In this document: positions 39,279 through 48,413 of the stretch, one piece after another
Layout: each line of letters opens with the position of its first letter
Position numbering within the stretch: the first letter of the stretch is position 1
Assembly: GCA_002716355.1 (NCBI GenBank)
Contig: PBAU01000010.1
Span: 47,208-111,207 of the forward strand
Direction: 5' to 3'
Length of the DNA stretch: 64,000 nt
Origin: a bacterium
GTDB taxonomy: Bacteria > UBP7 > UBA6624
The notes under the pieces: model-generated
Database searches by the model: none
Told to the model about the DNA's origin: nothing
Seen by the model: only the letters and a program-made list of their open reading frames with translations
Made by a program: the position numbers and the translations under genes

Positions 39279-40002
39279 ACCTTCTTTCTCTTAAGTTGAA
39301 CTCATCAAGGATTCTACAAAACTCATCATTTGAAAAATCAGGCCAAAGGGTATCTGTAAAAAATAATTCCGAATACGCTATATCCCATAAAAGAAAATTG
39401 GATATTCTTTTTTCTCCACCAGTCCTTAGAAGAAGATCAACTTCTGGCAATTCTGAAGAATGCATGTTTTTTTTAAAAAACGAATCATCTAACTGTAAAA
39501 AATCAAATTTTTCTTTGTCTCTCGAATCATCCATACGCTTAGATCTATCTTGAATAAAATCTTTCAAGATTTTGTTGACAGATTCGATGATTTCGTTTTT
39601 TCCTGAGTAATTTACACAAACAGATAAATTCAAATCAGAATTATTTCTTGTTATGTATTCTGCTTTTTCAATTATTTTGATTAAATTTTCTGGCAAGTTC
39701 TTTTTGTCTCCTATCATCCTGAACCTTATGCCTTCTTTTAAAAGCAAAGGCAATTCCTCAGAAAGTGATTTAACCATTAGGCTAAAAAGGCTACTTTTTT
39801 CTTTTTCTGGCCTAGCCCAATTTTCAATTGAAAAAGCATAAAGAGTTAACCATTTTATTCCTAAATTTCCACTTTTTTTTATTATTGATCTTGCAGTTTC
39901 AGCACCTTGCTGATGGCCTTGGAACCTATCCATGCCCTTGTTTTCTGCCCATCTACCATTGCCATCCATGATAATAGCCACATGATTAGGAACATTTAAC
40001 AT
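39265..40002 (-). CDS. uppS: Undecaprenyl-diphosphate synthase
   Basis: 245 aa. HVAIIMDGNGRWA and RTGGEKRISNFLLWD. Confidence 0.93.
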   Translation of the reverse strand: MLNVPNHVAIIMDGNGRWAENKGMDRFQGHQQGAETARSIIKKSGNLGIKWLTLYAFSIENWARPEKEKSSLFSLMVKSLSEELPLLLKEGIRFRMIGDKKNLPENLIKIIEKAEYITRNNSDLNLSVCVNYSGKNEIIESVNKILKDFIQDRSKRMDDSRDKEKFDFLQLDDSFFKKNMHSSELPEVDLLLRTGGEKRISNFLLWDIAYSELFFTDTLWPDFSNDEFCRILDEFNLRERRYGNV

Positions 40003-40014
40003 AGATATATCCTA

Positions 40015-40575
40015 TTAATTATTCAGGATACTTTTATTTTTAGATTGATAAATCTCTTCAATCCTTTTCTCTAAAGAGATTCTTATATCATCAACTCGAT
40101 CTTCATTTCTCCTGATCTCATCCTCTCCGAGATCATCCTTTAAGGCTTGGAGAGATGATCTTGCCTCTCTTCTTAAATTTCTTATCTTTATCTTTGTTTC
40201 TTCTGATATCTCTTTAACTCTTTTTGCAAGCTGTATTCTGGTCTCCTGAGTCAAAGGCGGTAATTTCAAAAATATTCTTCCATCATTATGTGAAACTGAA
40301 ACGTCTAGATTCTCTCTAATGATTTCTTTTTCGACTTCTTTCCCTATTGATGAATCAAACAAACTTAACATAACCGTCAAAGCATCCTGGATGGACAAGA
40401 TGCCTAAATCTTGAAGCTTGAATGAACCTTCCCATGAAGGGACTTCAATCATTACTTTTTCAAATGCAGACACATTGGCTCTTCCTGCATGCAGTTTCAA
40501 ATATTCAGAATTAAGGTATTCAATAGCATCCTCTCCTGAAATTTCAAAAAGTTCAATAATGTCTTCTAATTCCAT
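40015..40575 (-). CDS. frr: Ribosome recycling factor
   Basis: 186 aa. RRF pattern in conserved pyrH-frr synteny. Confidence 0.92.
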   Translation of the reverse strand: MELEDIIELFEISGEDAIEYLNSEYLKLHAGRANVSAFEKVMIEVPSWEGSFKLQDLGILSIQDALTVMLSLFDSSIGKEVEKEIIRENLDVSVSHNDGRIFLKLPPLTQETRIQLAKRVKEISEETKIKIRNLRREARSSLQALKDDLGEDEIRRNEDRVDDIRISLEKRIEEIYQSKNKSILNN

Positions 40576-40576
40576 T

Positions 40577-41290
40577 TTACTTAATCAATGTTCCTATATC
40601 TTTTCCTTTAACAGCCTTGTTCAAGGAATCTTTTTCAAAAATACTAAAAACTCTAATAGGTATTTTATTATCTCTACATATAGATATTGCCGCAGAATCC
40701 ATTACCTTGTAATTCTCCATCAAAAACCTTTTGTAGGTTAACGCATCTATATGCTTGGCTTCCGGATTCTTTTTAGGATCATCAGTATAAACACCATTAA
40801 CAGAAGTTGCTTTGATTAAAATCTCACACTTCAACTCAGCTGCCCTTAAAGCTGCGGCTGAATCAGTTGTGAAATATGGATTACCAGTACCGCAAGCAAG
40901 AATAACGATTCTTCCTTTTTGCAAATGTCTCAATGCTCTTCTTCTGATAAATGGCTCTGCAAGCTGTCTCATTTCAACTGCAGTCATAACTCTAGTTTCT
41001 CTTCCAGCATCTTCTAAAAAAGATTGAAAAATCAATGCATTCATAACAGTTGCCAGCATTCCAGCACTATCAGCTGATGCACGTTCAACGCCATATTCTG
41101 TAGCAGGAGCTCCTCTGAATAAATTTCCTCCACCTATAACTAATGCTAATTCACTATTGCTACATGATTCAACAATTCTTTCAGCTAATTTTTTTATTTC
41201 AGGAAAATCAAAACCAAAATCAGAATGGCCTTGAAAAAATTCGCCAGAGAGTTTAAGTAAAACCCTAGATTTTTTGAGAGACTGTGACAC
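40577..41290 (-). CDS. pyrH: UMP kinase
   Basis: 237 aa. VLLKLSGE, VIGGGNLFRG and GTGNPYFTTDSAAALRA. The GTG start is 26 nt inside the tsf 3' end. Confidence 0.93.
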   Translation of the reverse strand: MSQSLKKSRVLLKLSGEFFQGHSDFGFDFPEIKKLAERIVESCSNSELALVIGGGNLFRGAPATEYGVERASADSAGMLATVMNALIFQSFLEDAGRETRVMTAVEMRQLAEPFIRRRALRHLQKGRIVILACGTGNPYFTTDSAAALRAAELKCEILIKATSVNGVYTDDPKKNPEAKHIDALTYKRFLMENYKVMDSAAISICRDNKIPIRVFSIFEKDSLNKAVKGKDIGTLIK

Positions 41291-41885
41291 TTCCTCCAGC
41301 TTCCATAAACACGAAAGCTCTCACTTTGATATTTTCTTTTATTACTGCAACCTGAGCCTCGACAGCTTGCTTAACTGTCATTTTTTCCTCAGGATCTTTG
41401 ATCCAAATCTGATCCATGAAGCAATGCTCTGCTTTCCATTTATTGAAACGTCCATCCGCAATTTTTTGCCTAACACTTTCAGGCTTTCCTTCCTCTTCAG
41501 CCTTTTTGAGGAAACCATCAATTAATTCTTTTTTAAAATCTTCAGGCAAAGAGCCTTCATCTAGATAATCAGGCTTGTAAGCAACTACATGCTTAGCCAG
41601 ATCATCAGCAAAAGCTATAAAAGCATCTGTTCTTGCAACAAAGTCAGTCTCGCAAGCTAAATCTACAATTGCACAAAGTTTTGGATTTAATGAGTGGACA
41701 TAAGAGCCAACACGCCCTTCACCTGTTGACCTGCCATCTTTTGAGCTTGCTATAGCAGCACCCTGGGCACCTATCCATCTTACAGCTTTTTCGATATCGC
41801 TATCATTTTGGATTGCTGCCTTCTTGCATAAAGACAAACCAGCGCCAGTCCTTTTCCTGATTTCCATTATCACTGTTTTATCCAT
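41265..41885 (-). CDS. tsf: Elongation factor Ts (short form)
   Basis: 206 aa. N-terminal UBA-like IRKRTGAGLSLCKKA and CETDFVART. rpsB-tsf synteny. Confidence 0.88.
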   Translation of the reverse strand: MDKTVIMEIRKRTGAGLSLCKKAAIQNDSDIEKAVRWIGAQGAAIASSKDGRSTGEGRVGSYVHSLNPKLCAIVDLACETDFVARTDAFIAFADDLAKHVVAYKPDYLDEGSLPEDFKKELIDGFLKKAEEEGKPESVRQKIADGRFNKWKAEHCFMDQIWIKDPEEKMTVKQAVEAQVAVIKENIKVRAFVFMEAGGSVTVSQKI

Positions 41886-41887
41886 AT

Positions 41888-42643
41888 CTAAACCTCTTCT
41901 TGATCTTCCAGAGTTTCAATTTCCTCTGCGGGAGTTTTTTTTGCAGCATGTCCATTTTTGACCGCTTCAGCAATTTTGCCTGCGAGTAATGAAATACTTC
42001 CAACAGCATCATCGTTTCCTGGAATTCCAATAGTTACATGATCAGGATTGCTGTTTGAATCAAGTATAGCAATAATAGGTATTCCGGCTTTCTTAGCCTC
42101 CAAAATAGCTATTCTGTCATGATTAACATCAGAAACAAATAAGCATTGTGGTGGGGATTGAAGATTTAAAGCACCACCAAAAACCCTTTTATTTCTGTCG
42201 ATTTTCGTTTTGTATATACCCTTCTCTCTTTTTGTCATCTTTGACATTTTCTCATCAAGCAAGCCTTCTTCAAATTTTCTTAAATTCTCTAAAGTTGAAC
42301 TGATTTGATCCCAATTTGTCAAAAAGCCACCTGGCCATCTTCGTGTTAAATGAGGCATATTGCAATCTTCAGCTATATTCTGAATAGATTCCCTTGCTTG
42401 CTTCTTTGTTCCTACAAACAAAATCCTGCCCCCCTCTTGGACTATGTCCATAACGAGATAATACGCTTCCTCTAATTTGGATATAGTTTTGCTCAAATCA
42501 AGAATATGAACACCTTTTCTAACCTGGAAAACATAAGGTTTCATTTTTGGATTCCACATTGCTTTGGGATGACCAAAATGAACACCTGATTCCAAAAGCT
42601 CTCTTCTTGAAATTACTTTTTCACTTGTGTTTTTTTCTACCAT
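41888..42643 (-). CDS. rpsB: 30S ribosomal protein S2
   Basis: 251 aa. LLESGVHFGH..., ILFVGTKKQA and an acidic C-terminus. Confidence 0.95.
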   Translation of the reverse strand: MVEKNTSEKVISRRELLESGVHFGHPKAMWNPKMKPYVFQVRKGVHILDLSKTISKLEEAYYLVMDIVQEGGRILFVGTKKQARESIQNIAEDCNMPHLTRRWPGGFLTNWDQISSTLENLRKFEEGLLDEKMSKMTKREKGIYKTKIDRNKRVFGGALNLQSPPQCLFVSDVNHDRIAILEAKKAGIPIIAILDSNSNPDHVTIGIPGNDDAVGSISLLAGKIAEAVKNGHAAKKTPAEEIETLEDQEEV

Positions 42644-42672
42644 AACAAACTAGATATTCTAACGCAATTAAG

Positions 42673-43869
42673 TCAAGGATGTTGTATTTGTGGCCAATAA
42701 CCCTTAATGCTAAATAATGTTGAATGATCTGGCCTATGACAAGAGCTGCATGTTTCAAAACTTGCAACAAGCTTGTTTTTGGATGGTTTAATCGAATGCT
42801 GAATTGGGTTTCCCTGATGACAAGCCACACATCCAACATTCACATAAGAATATGAAAGATCTTCATGATTCCAGTTTGTTACATGACAACCTACACAATC
42901 TGGACGTAATGTCACATCCCTGTCAACAAGAGTTTCCCATGCATGAGCATGTTTTGTATCTTTCCAAACATCATAAGAATCTTGATGACAATTCATACAA
43001 AATTCAGAATTCAAACTTTCCTCTTTATCTATAGGCACCTTGTCTATGAAACCTTTTTTCCTAATAGAAGCTATCATTTCAACAACAGAATTATCATCTT
43101 TCCATTTCGAGCTCATATAAATTCTTTCAAAAAACATAGAGGAGAGGCTCAAGGATCCAACCTCTTGACCAAAAGGCAATATTGGAGGAGACCAAATATC
43201 AGAAAAAATACCTCTATCTTCCTCAGAATCTCCAATTAAATACATATTTAAGTTATTGCTTTCGCTTATATACTCTGCAATCATTTGATTTGATTCAATA
43301 GAGCAATCGCTAATCAATATATGTACATTTTCAGAACTTTCAAGATAACCTTTAGGATCTTTGAAATTTTCAACATCTAAACAAAAGCTATTGTCTTTAG
43401 GCACATAGGTAAACCTTACCTGATTTTCATTATCGTCAAAACCAAAAATCACACTTTGCAAATCATTATTACCAGTGTGCAAAAACTTATCTACAATAAT
43501 GTCATACTCCACATGTTGATCAAAAAAAACATGCATGATTTCTGCTGTAACTTCTGGAACCGGATCTTTATGGCTTTCATCATGTTCCCAATTTCCAAGA
43601 TCAACCCATATTGAATTTTGATATTTTTTCTTAAGGGAAGCTATTCTTGGCAAACCTCCAGCCATATCTTCTGAACACCCGCAAATATCTATAAACCCCT
43701 TGATGTCTTTTGTGAAAAAAATTCTAGGCTCATCCTTGTCTAAAAATTCAGAATGATCCGCAACTGTTTCTGAATCTGGTAAACCTGTCGAAGATTTCTG
43801 AGACTGAAAAAGATCACACCCAGCAAAAAGCAAAAAAACAAGAAAAACTGAAAACTTAAACCTCATCAA
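42673..43869 (-). CDS. Lipoprotein with a C-terminal tetrahaem c554-type cytochrome domain and a degenerate metallophosphoesterase-like N-domain
   Basis: 398 aa. Signal plus lipobox LLFAGC. Four CxxCH motifs (CMNCH, CVGCH, CVACH, CSSCH) at nt 42736-42999. The first motif context, CMNCHQDSYDVWKDTKHAHAW, is typical of the cytochrome c554 family. Confidence 0.75.
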   Translation of the reverse strand: MMRFKFSVFLVFLLFAGCDLFQSQKSSTGLPDSETVADHSEFLDKDEPRIFFTKDIKGFIDICGCSEDMAGGLPRIASLKKKYQNSIWVDLGNWEHDESHKDPVPEVTAEIMHVFFDQHVEYDIIVDKFLHTGNNDLQSVIFGFDDNENQVRFTYVPKDNSFCLDVENFKDPKGYLESSENVHILISDCSIESNQMIAEYISESNNLNMYLIGDSEEDRGIFSDIWSPPILPFGQEVGSLSLSSMFFERIYMSSKWKDDNSVVEMIASIRKKGFIDKVPIDKEESLNSEFCMNCHQDSYDVWKDTKHAHAWETLVDRDVTLRPDCVGCHVTNWNHEDLSYSYVNVGCVACHQGNPIQHSIKPSKNKLVASFETCSSCHRPDHSTLFSIKGYWPQIQHP

Positions 43870-45044
43870 ACCTCAACAATTAAAGATATACCTTGACCTC
43901 CACCAATACACATTGAAATAAGCCCCAAGCCTCCACCATCTAAAATCTTCAATTGTCTCAAGCATGTTAACGTTAGCCTGGAGCCAGTTGCACCTAATGG
44001 ATGTCCGATTGCAGTTGCTCCACCCCATGAGTTAGTAATGTCTCTATTTAACTTCAAACCCTTTTCAACAGCAATGTATTGAGGAACAAATGCTTCATTT
44101 ATTTCAACCCTTTTGAGGTCATTAACACTGCAGTCAGCTACGCTTAAAGCTTTTTCACTACTCGGAACAGGCCCATAACCCATCCTGTCCGGCTTGACGC
44201 CTGCATGACCCCAAGAAACCAAACTTCCCATTATTTCTAAATTTTTTCTTTTGGCTGTATCCTCTGTAGTCATCACTAAAGCACATGCTCCATCAACCAC
44301 ACCACTAGCAGTTCCTGCTGTTACAGTTCCATTTTCCTTGAAAACAGACCTTAATTTTGCTAATGATTCAAGGTTTGTATTAGCCTTCGGATGCTCATCA
44401 TTTTCAATAACTTTTGCACGACTACCCTTACCTACTTCTATTGGTTCTATTTCACCATCAAAATAACCTTGCTTTAAAGCGTTCTGGTATCTCTCTTGTG
44501 TTAAAACTGCAAATTCCTCACACTCTTTTCTTGAAATTGAAAAATCATCTGCTAGATTCTCTGCCGTTATTGCCATTGGTAATTTACAGTATCCATCTGT
44601 CAAACTGTCCCATAAAAAATCTCTCAATTCCAATGAACCCCATTTCTGTCCAGATCTAATACCATGCGTGTAATGAAAAGCTCTACTCATTGATTCAGTG
44701 CCGCCAACCAAAACCACATCAGCATCTCCTCTTTCCAATAAATACGCTCCCTGAACTATAGATTCTGCCCCTGATCCACATAGTCGATTTACTGTAAGAG
44801 CCGGCTTTTCGATTGGTATGCCTGAATTTAAAGCAACATGCCTAGCGCAATAATAGGCATTGCTATCAGTTTGCCCCACCATACCAAAGACACAAGCATC
44901 AAATTCAGAAGCATCAATGCCAGAATCTTTTATAGCTGCCTTTGCAGCATGTGAACCAAGATCATTAGCAGGAACCCTTGCTAAACTTTCTAAATAACCT
45001 CCAAATGGAGTTCTTTTTCCTCCAACAAAAACAATTTTACTCAT
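43866..45044 (-). CDS. Acetyl-CoA C-acetyl/acyltransferase (thiolase)
   Basis: 392 aa. Active-site NRLCGSG, C-terminal NEAF...GGATAIGHPLGATG and CIGGGQG. Confidence 0.9.
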   Translation of the reverse strand: MSKIVFVGGKRTPFGGYLESLARVPANDLGSHAAKAAIKDSGIDASEFDACVFGMVGQTDSNAYYCARHVALNSGIPIEKPALTVNRLCGSGAESIVQGAYLLERGDADVVLVGGTESMSRAFHYTHGIRSGQKWGSLELRDFLWDSLTDGYCKLPMAITAENLADDFSISRKECEEFAVLTQERYQNALKQGYFDGEIEPIEVGKGSRAKVIENDEHPKANTNLESLAKLRSVFKENGTVTAGTASGVVDGACALVMTTEDTAKRKNLEIMGSLVSWGHAGVKPDRMGYGPVPSSEKALSVADCSVNDLKRVEINEAFVPQYIAVEKGLKLNRDITNSWGGATAIGHPLGATGSRLTLTCLRQLKILDGGGLGLISMCIGGGQGISLIVEV

Positions 45045-45056
45045 GACAATCTCCTT

Positions 45057-45617
45057 TCAAGAGAACCTTTCCTCTAACCAAGGATCTCCCCTATTATGAT
45101 ACCCTCTAGTCTCCCAAAAACCTAATTTTTCCTGAGCCATAACCTCAATCCCTGTAGCCCACTTAGCGCTTTTCCACAAGTAAAGATGTGGAATTATGAA
45201 CCTTACAGGCCCACCATTTTCATAAGGTATTTCTTTCCCATTACGACTCCATACAATTAAACTTGAATCCAAAAAAGCATCTTCTATATTCACATTTGTT
45301 GAATAGTCAACTAAGCCATAACACATAATACATTTTGAATCTTTTTTCAAACCAGCATGGTTCAAAATCTTAGACAAGGGAACACCTTCCCAGTCATTGT
45401 CCAAAAGACTCCAATGTGTCACGCAATGCAAATCTGAATTCAAACGAACAGGACCCAGTTTACAAAGATCTTCAAAATTTAACTCAACAGGATTTTCAAC
45501 ATTACCAAAAACTCTAATTTTCCAATCTTCCAAGCTCGCTGAAACACTTGGGGGGTTGATGTCTAACCTGGGCCACTTCTTTACTACAACCTGACCTGGA
45601 GGCACTCTAGATTTCAT
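45057..45617 (-). CDS. Small sulfite-oxidase-fold molybdopterin oxidoreductase (no signal peptide)
   Basis: 186 aa. Mo-ligand Cys context LHCVTHWS and C-terminal GFWETRGYHNRGDPW, typical of the ~200-aa single-domain SUOX-like proteins. Confidence 0.75.
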   Translation of the reverse strand: MKSRVPPGQVVVKKWPRLDINPPSVSASLEDWKIRVFGNVENPVELNFEDLCKLGPVRLNSDLHCVTHWSLLDNDWEGVPLSKILNHAGLKKDSKCIMCYGLVDYSTNVNIEDAFLDSSLIVWSRNGKEIPYENGGPVRFIIPHLYLWKSAKWATGIEVMAQEKLGFWETRGYHNRGDPWLEERFS

Positions 45618-45625
45618 CTAATCAA

Positions 45626-46075
45626 CTAATCCTTTTTCCCATATGCCCTCTCTAAAATGCTAATTGGAGGGTTTACAAGAACAAAATCACCATAATCCAA
45701 AGTTGGAATAACTCTTCTTCCAAGAGATACTAAAAGAACCTCTTTTAAAGATTTCTCGTGAATGTCTATGTCAAAAGTCTCATAATTTACACTTCTTTGC
45801 AATAAATACTTATACAAAACCTTACAGTCTCCACACCATTCTGTTGTGTAAACTTTCAGCTCTTTGTTTTTAATACTCTTTGAGTTATTTTTTTCAAAAA
45901 AAGAAAGACCATTCATGCTTGGAAAAACACCTACAGGTCTATTCACATCACCCATAATCGCTAAAGGAAAAAGAATTGGCCATCTTCTTTTCAGTTTTTT
46001 AATAGAGGCTCTTAAAATTTTAGAAATATCTTTGCTCTCCAAGTCAACCTCTTTAATTATGGTGATTTTGTCCAT
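45626..46075 (-). CDS. Glutaredoxin-like protein with an unassigned ~75-aa N-terminal region
   Basis: 149 aa. The C-terminal half has a thioredoxin-fold pattern: KVYTTEWCGDCKVLYKYL ... RRVIPTL (CxxC plus cis-Pro context). Confidence 0.6.
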   Translation of the reverse strand: MDKITIIKEVDLESKDISKILRASIKKLKRRWPILFPLAIMGDVNRPVGVFPSMNGLSFFEKNNSKSIKNKELKVYTTEWCGDCKVLYKYLLQRSVNYETFDIDIHEKSLKEVLLVSLGRRVIPTLDYGDFVLVNPPISILERAYGKKD

Positions 46076-46107
46076 CTATTAAATCCTACTATGGTTAAAA
46101 TCTAATT

Positions 46108-47646
46108 ATGCTTTTTCTTGAATATTTTTTCTTAAGCTGTAATTCTGAAATTGAATTACAAAAAAACTCATCTATAAAAGGAACTGCCACTTGCTTGATC
46201 CAAAAAGAAGAAGAAAACGTTGATTTTTATATTTCGGAAAATTTTGAAATAGAAGAAGTATTTTTTACAAGGGGCGGAACAAGTCTTTATTATGAAAAAA
46301 AAGAAATCCAGAATGATTTATCCGGCTGGAGTTTGATCTCAATTCCTGAAGGAGAATATGAAATAACAATTGAATATTCAGGTTTTTTTGGCAAAAAACA
46401 TGACTCTTATAATGAGCTTGATCTCAAAAAAGGCTTGTTGCCTTTGAGCAAAAATCAAAAAGGATGTTCTAGATTCAGCCTTAAAGGAACAAAAAAAATC
46501 ATACTCAATTCTGAAAAAAATCAGGATGATTTAATTTACTTATGCAATTTAGAAAACAAACTATTTGAAATAAATGAAAATACCATCATGACAGAAGGCC
46601 CCGGTTTAAAAATAATATCAAAACAAACAAAAGAAAGTCACAAAACGTGGATTGAAGCTATCGAGTCATCATTGAAAGAAATTCAACAAAAAACAAATTA
46701 CAAAAATCCTCAAGAAATCATTCTTTTAGAGGGTCAAGATTGGTATAGCCAAAAAGGATTAATAATTGTTCCTAAAAATTATCTTCAAAATAAACCTTTA
46801 TTTTCAGAAATGACTGAACATCTTGTTTACCAATGGGAAAATGTAGAGAAGCCTGTGCTTGAAAACCCAAAAGGAAGGATTTTAAATTCATATTTAAACA
46901 AAAAATTTACACCTATTTCAAGAAGGATCAATGATAGAGCACATTTACAAAAAACAAATGGCAAGGATGAAATTAAATTCGAAACAGTTATGGCTGAATA
47001 TACAAACAGAAACAAAGATACATGCGTTGAAGAAAAATGGCCACAACTAACAATAACAAAAACAAAAGTAGCAAGACTGAATGATGGTTACGAGCTATCA
47101 ATTTATACTGACTGGAATGGAAAGTGCAAGAGGAAACTAGATGTCATAATATCAAACAGCAATACAGAAAAAAATGAGCAAATCGAAATTCAAAATGGAA
47201 GTTCAATTTACAAAGTAATGTTAAAGTGGATTCCTAGATATCTAGAAATCGATCCTGGTTTTTGGTTTCCAGGTGAACTTGAAAGAGATTCAAGCATTTC
47301 TCTTATTTTTGAATCTCTCAATCTAACTAAATCTGAATGGATTCAGCCAAGAAACACAATAAGCTCAATTGGCCCTGGTGGAACTTCATGGCCAAATAAA
47401 GAAAAAATAAAACTTCCAGACGGAACAGAAAGATATTGGACTGAAAAAAGCTATCTGGTCCTAGCTTCAAGCAAAGAGGTTTTCTTGATTTCATCAAAAA
47501 AAACCGCTATTCCAAAATTAAATCAAGACGTAATAAATTGGGGATGGGTTCTCTTTGAAGATGGGACTCCTGTTAAATGGGGGAACAATACAAAAACAAA
47601 AACTTACAAGCTGCCAAAGCCAGAAATATTTTCCTGGGGAAACTAA
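46108..47646 (+). CDS. Hypothetical protein (512 aa), possible lipoprotein
   Basis: Long uninterrupted ORF with a short N-terminal hydrophobic segment ending FFLSC. No catalytic motif recognised. Confidence 0.5.
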   Translation: MLFLEYFFLSCNSEIELQKNSSIKGTATCLIQKEEENVDFYISENFEIEEVFFTRGGTSLYYEKKEIQNDLSGWSLISIPEGEYEITIEYSGFFGKKHDSYNELDLKKGLLPLSKNQKGCSRFSLKGTKKIILNSEKNQDDLIYLCNLENKLFEINENTIMTEGPGLKIISKQTKESHKTWIEAIESSLKEIQQKTNYKNPQEIILLEGQDWYSQKGLIIVPKNYLQNKPLFSEMTEHLVYQWENVEKPVLENPKGRILNSYLNKKFTPISRRINDRAHLQKTNGKDEIKFETVMAEYTNRNKDTCVEEKWPQLTITKTKVARLNDGYELSIYTDWNGKCKRKLDVIISNSNTEKNEQIEIQNGSSIYKVMLKWIPRYLEIDPGFWFPGELERDSSISLIFESLNLTKSEWIQPRNTISSIGPGGTSWPNKEKIKLPDGTERYWTEKSYLVLASSKEVFLISSKKTAIPKLNQDVINWGWVLFEDGTPVKWGNNTKTKTYKLPKPEIFSWGN

Positions 47647-47740
47647 ATCTTTAAAAATTTCCTGAAATCCCGGTAAAGATGAACCATATCCAAAAGACCA
47701 ACTTAGCAAGCAGGTCCAAAAGAACAGCAGCAACAACCAG

Positions 47741-47777
47741 CCACAATAAAACTAAAGCAATTTTTTTAATAAATTGC
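47741..47777 (-). terminator. Weak candidate intrinsic terminator downstream of the SOD gene
   Basis: On the minus strand, 10 nt after the SOD stop: GCAATTT-ATTAAAA-AAATTGC (7-bp AT-rich stem) followed by TTTAGTTTTATT. Confidence 0.3.
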
Positions 47778-47786
47778 CGACATCAG

Positions 47787-48395
47787 TTAGCAGTTTTTGC
47801 ACCTCTCCTCTACAGCATTCCAGTCAACAACATTCCACCAAGCACCTATGTATCCGCCCCTTAGGTTTTGATAGTTAAGATAATATGCATGTTCCCAGAC
47901 GTCTAAACCCAATATGGGAGTTCCCTCTCCAGTCATCAATGGATTCTCTTGGTTTGCTGTTGAGGTTATTGAAAGTTTTCCATCTTTGCAGACAAGCCAA
48001 GCCCAGCCTGAACCAAATCTTGTCATGGCTGCATTTGCAAACTCTTCTTTAAACTTGTCAAAAGACCCGAAGGAAGAATCAATCAAATCAGCTAGATTTC
48101 CTGAAGGAGACCCTCCTCCATTAGGAGACATGATGGACCAAAATAAAGAATGGTTGTAATGTCCTCCTCCATGGTTTCTTACAGCAGTTTTAACTGAATC
48201 AGGAAGATTGTTAACCATTTGACAAAGATTGCCCAATCCTGCGTTTGCAAGATTTGGCTCTTTCTCCAAAGCAGCATTCAGGCCGTTTACATATGCCTGA
48301 TGGTGTTTTGTGTGGTGTATCTCCATTGTTTTAGCATCTATATGAGGCTCTAAAGCATCATATGAATAATTTAATTCTGGTAAAGAATGACTCAT
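47787..48395 (-). CDS. Fe/Mn superoxide dismutase
   Basis: 202 aa. [13 protein letters not shown] and [13 protein letters not shown]. Confidence 0.94.
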   Translation of the reverse strand: MSHSLPELNYSYDALEPHIDAKTMEIHHTKHHQAYVNGLNAALEKEPNLANAGLGNLCQMVNNLPDSVKTAVRNHGGGHYNHSLFWSIMSPNGGGSPSGNLADLIDSSFGSFDKFKEEFANAAMTRFGSGWAWLVCKDGKLSITSTANQENPLMTGEGTPILGLDVWEHAYYLNYQNLRGGYIGAWWNVVDWNAVEERCKNC

Positions 48396-48413
48396 TTTTT
48401 TCCTCCGTTTTCC

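Noticed and set aside
42621-43239. Small ORFs (72, 76 and 98 aa) overlapping the rpsB start and the cytochrome gene
   Set aside because: They are nested in or antisense to the tetrahaem lipoprotein gene, whose four CxxCH motifs validate the main frame.
47518-47864. 72-aa (-) and 61-aa (+) ORFs around the 47.6-47.8 kb gap
   Set aside because: Each overlaps the 3' end of a well-supported gene (the 512-aa ORF and SOD respectively) and has shadow-ORF composition.
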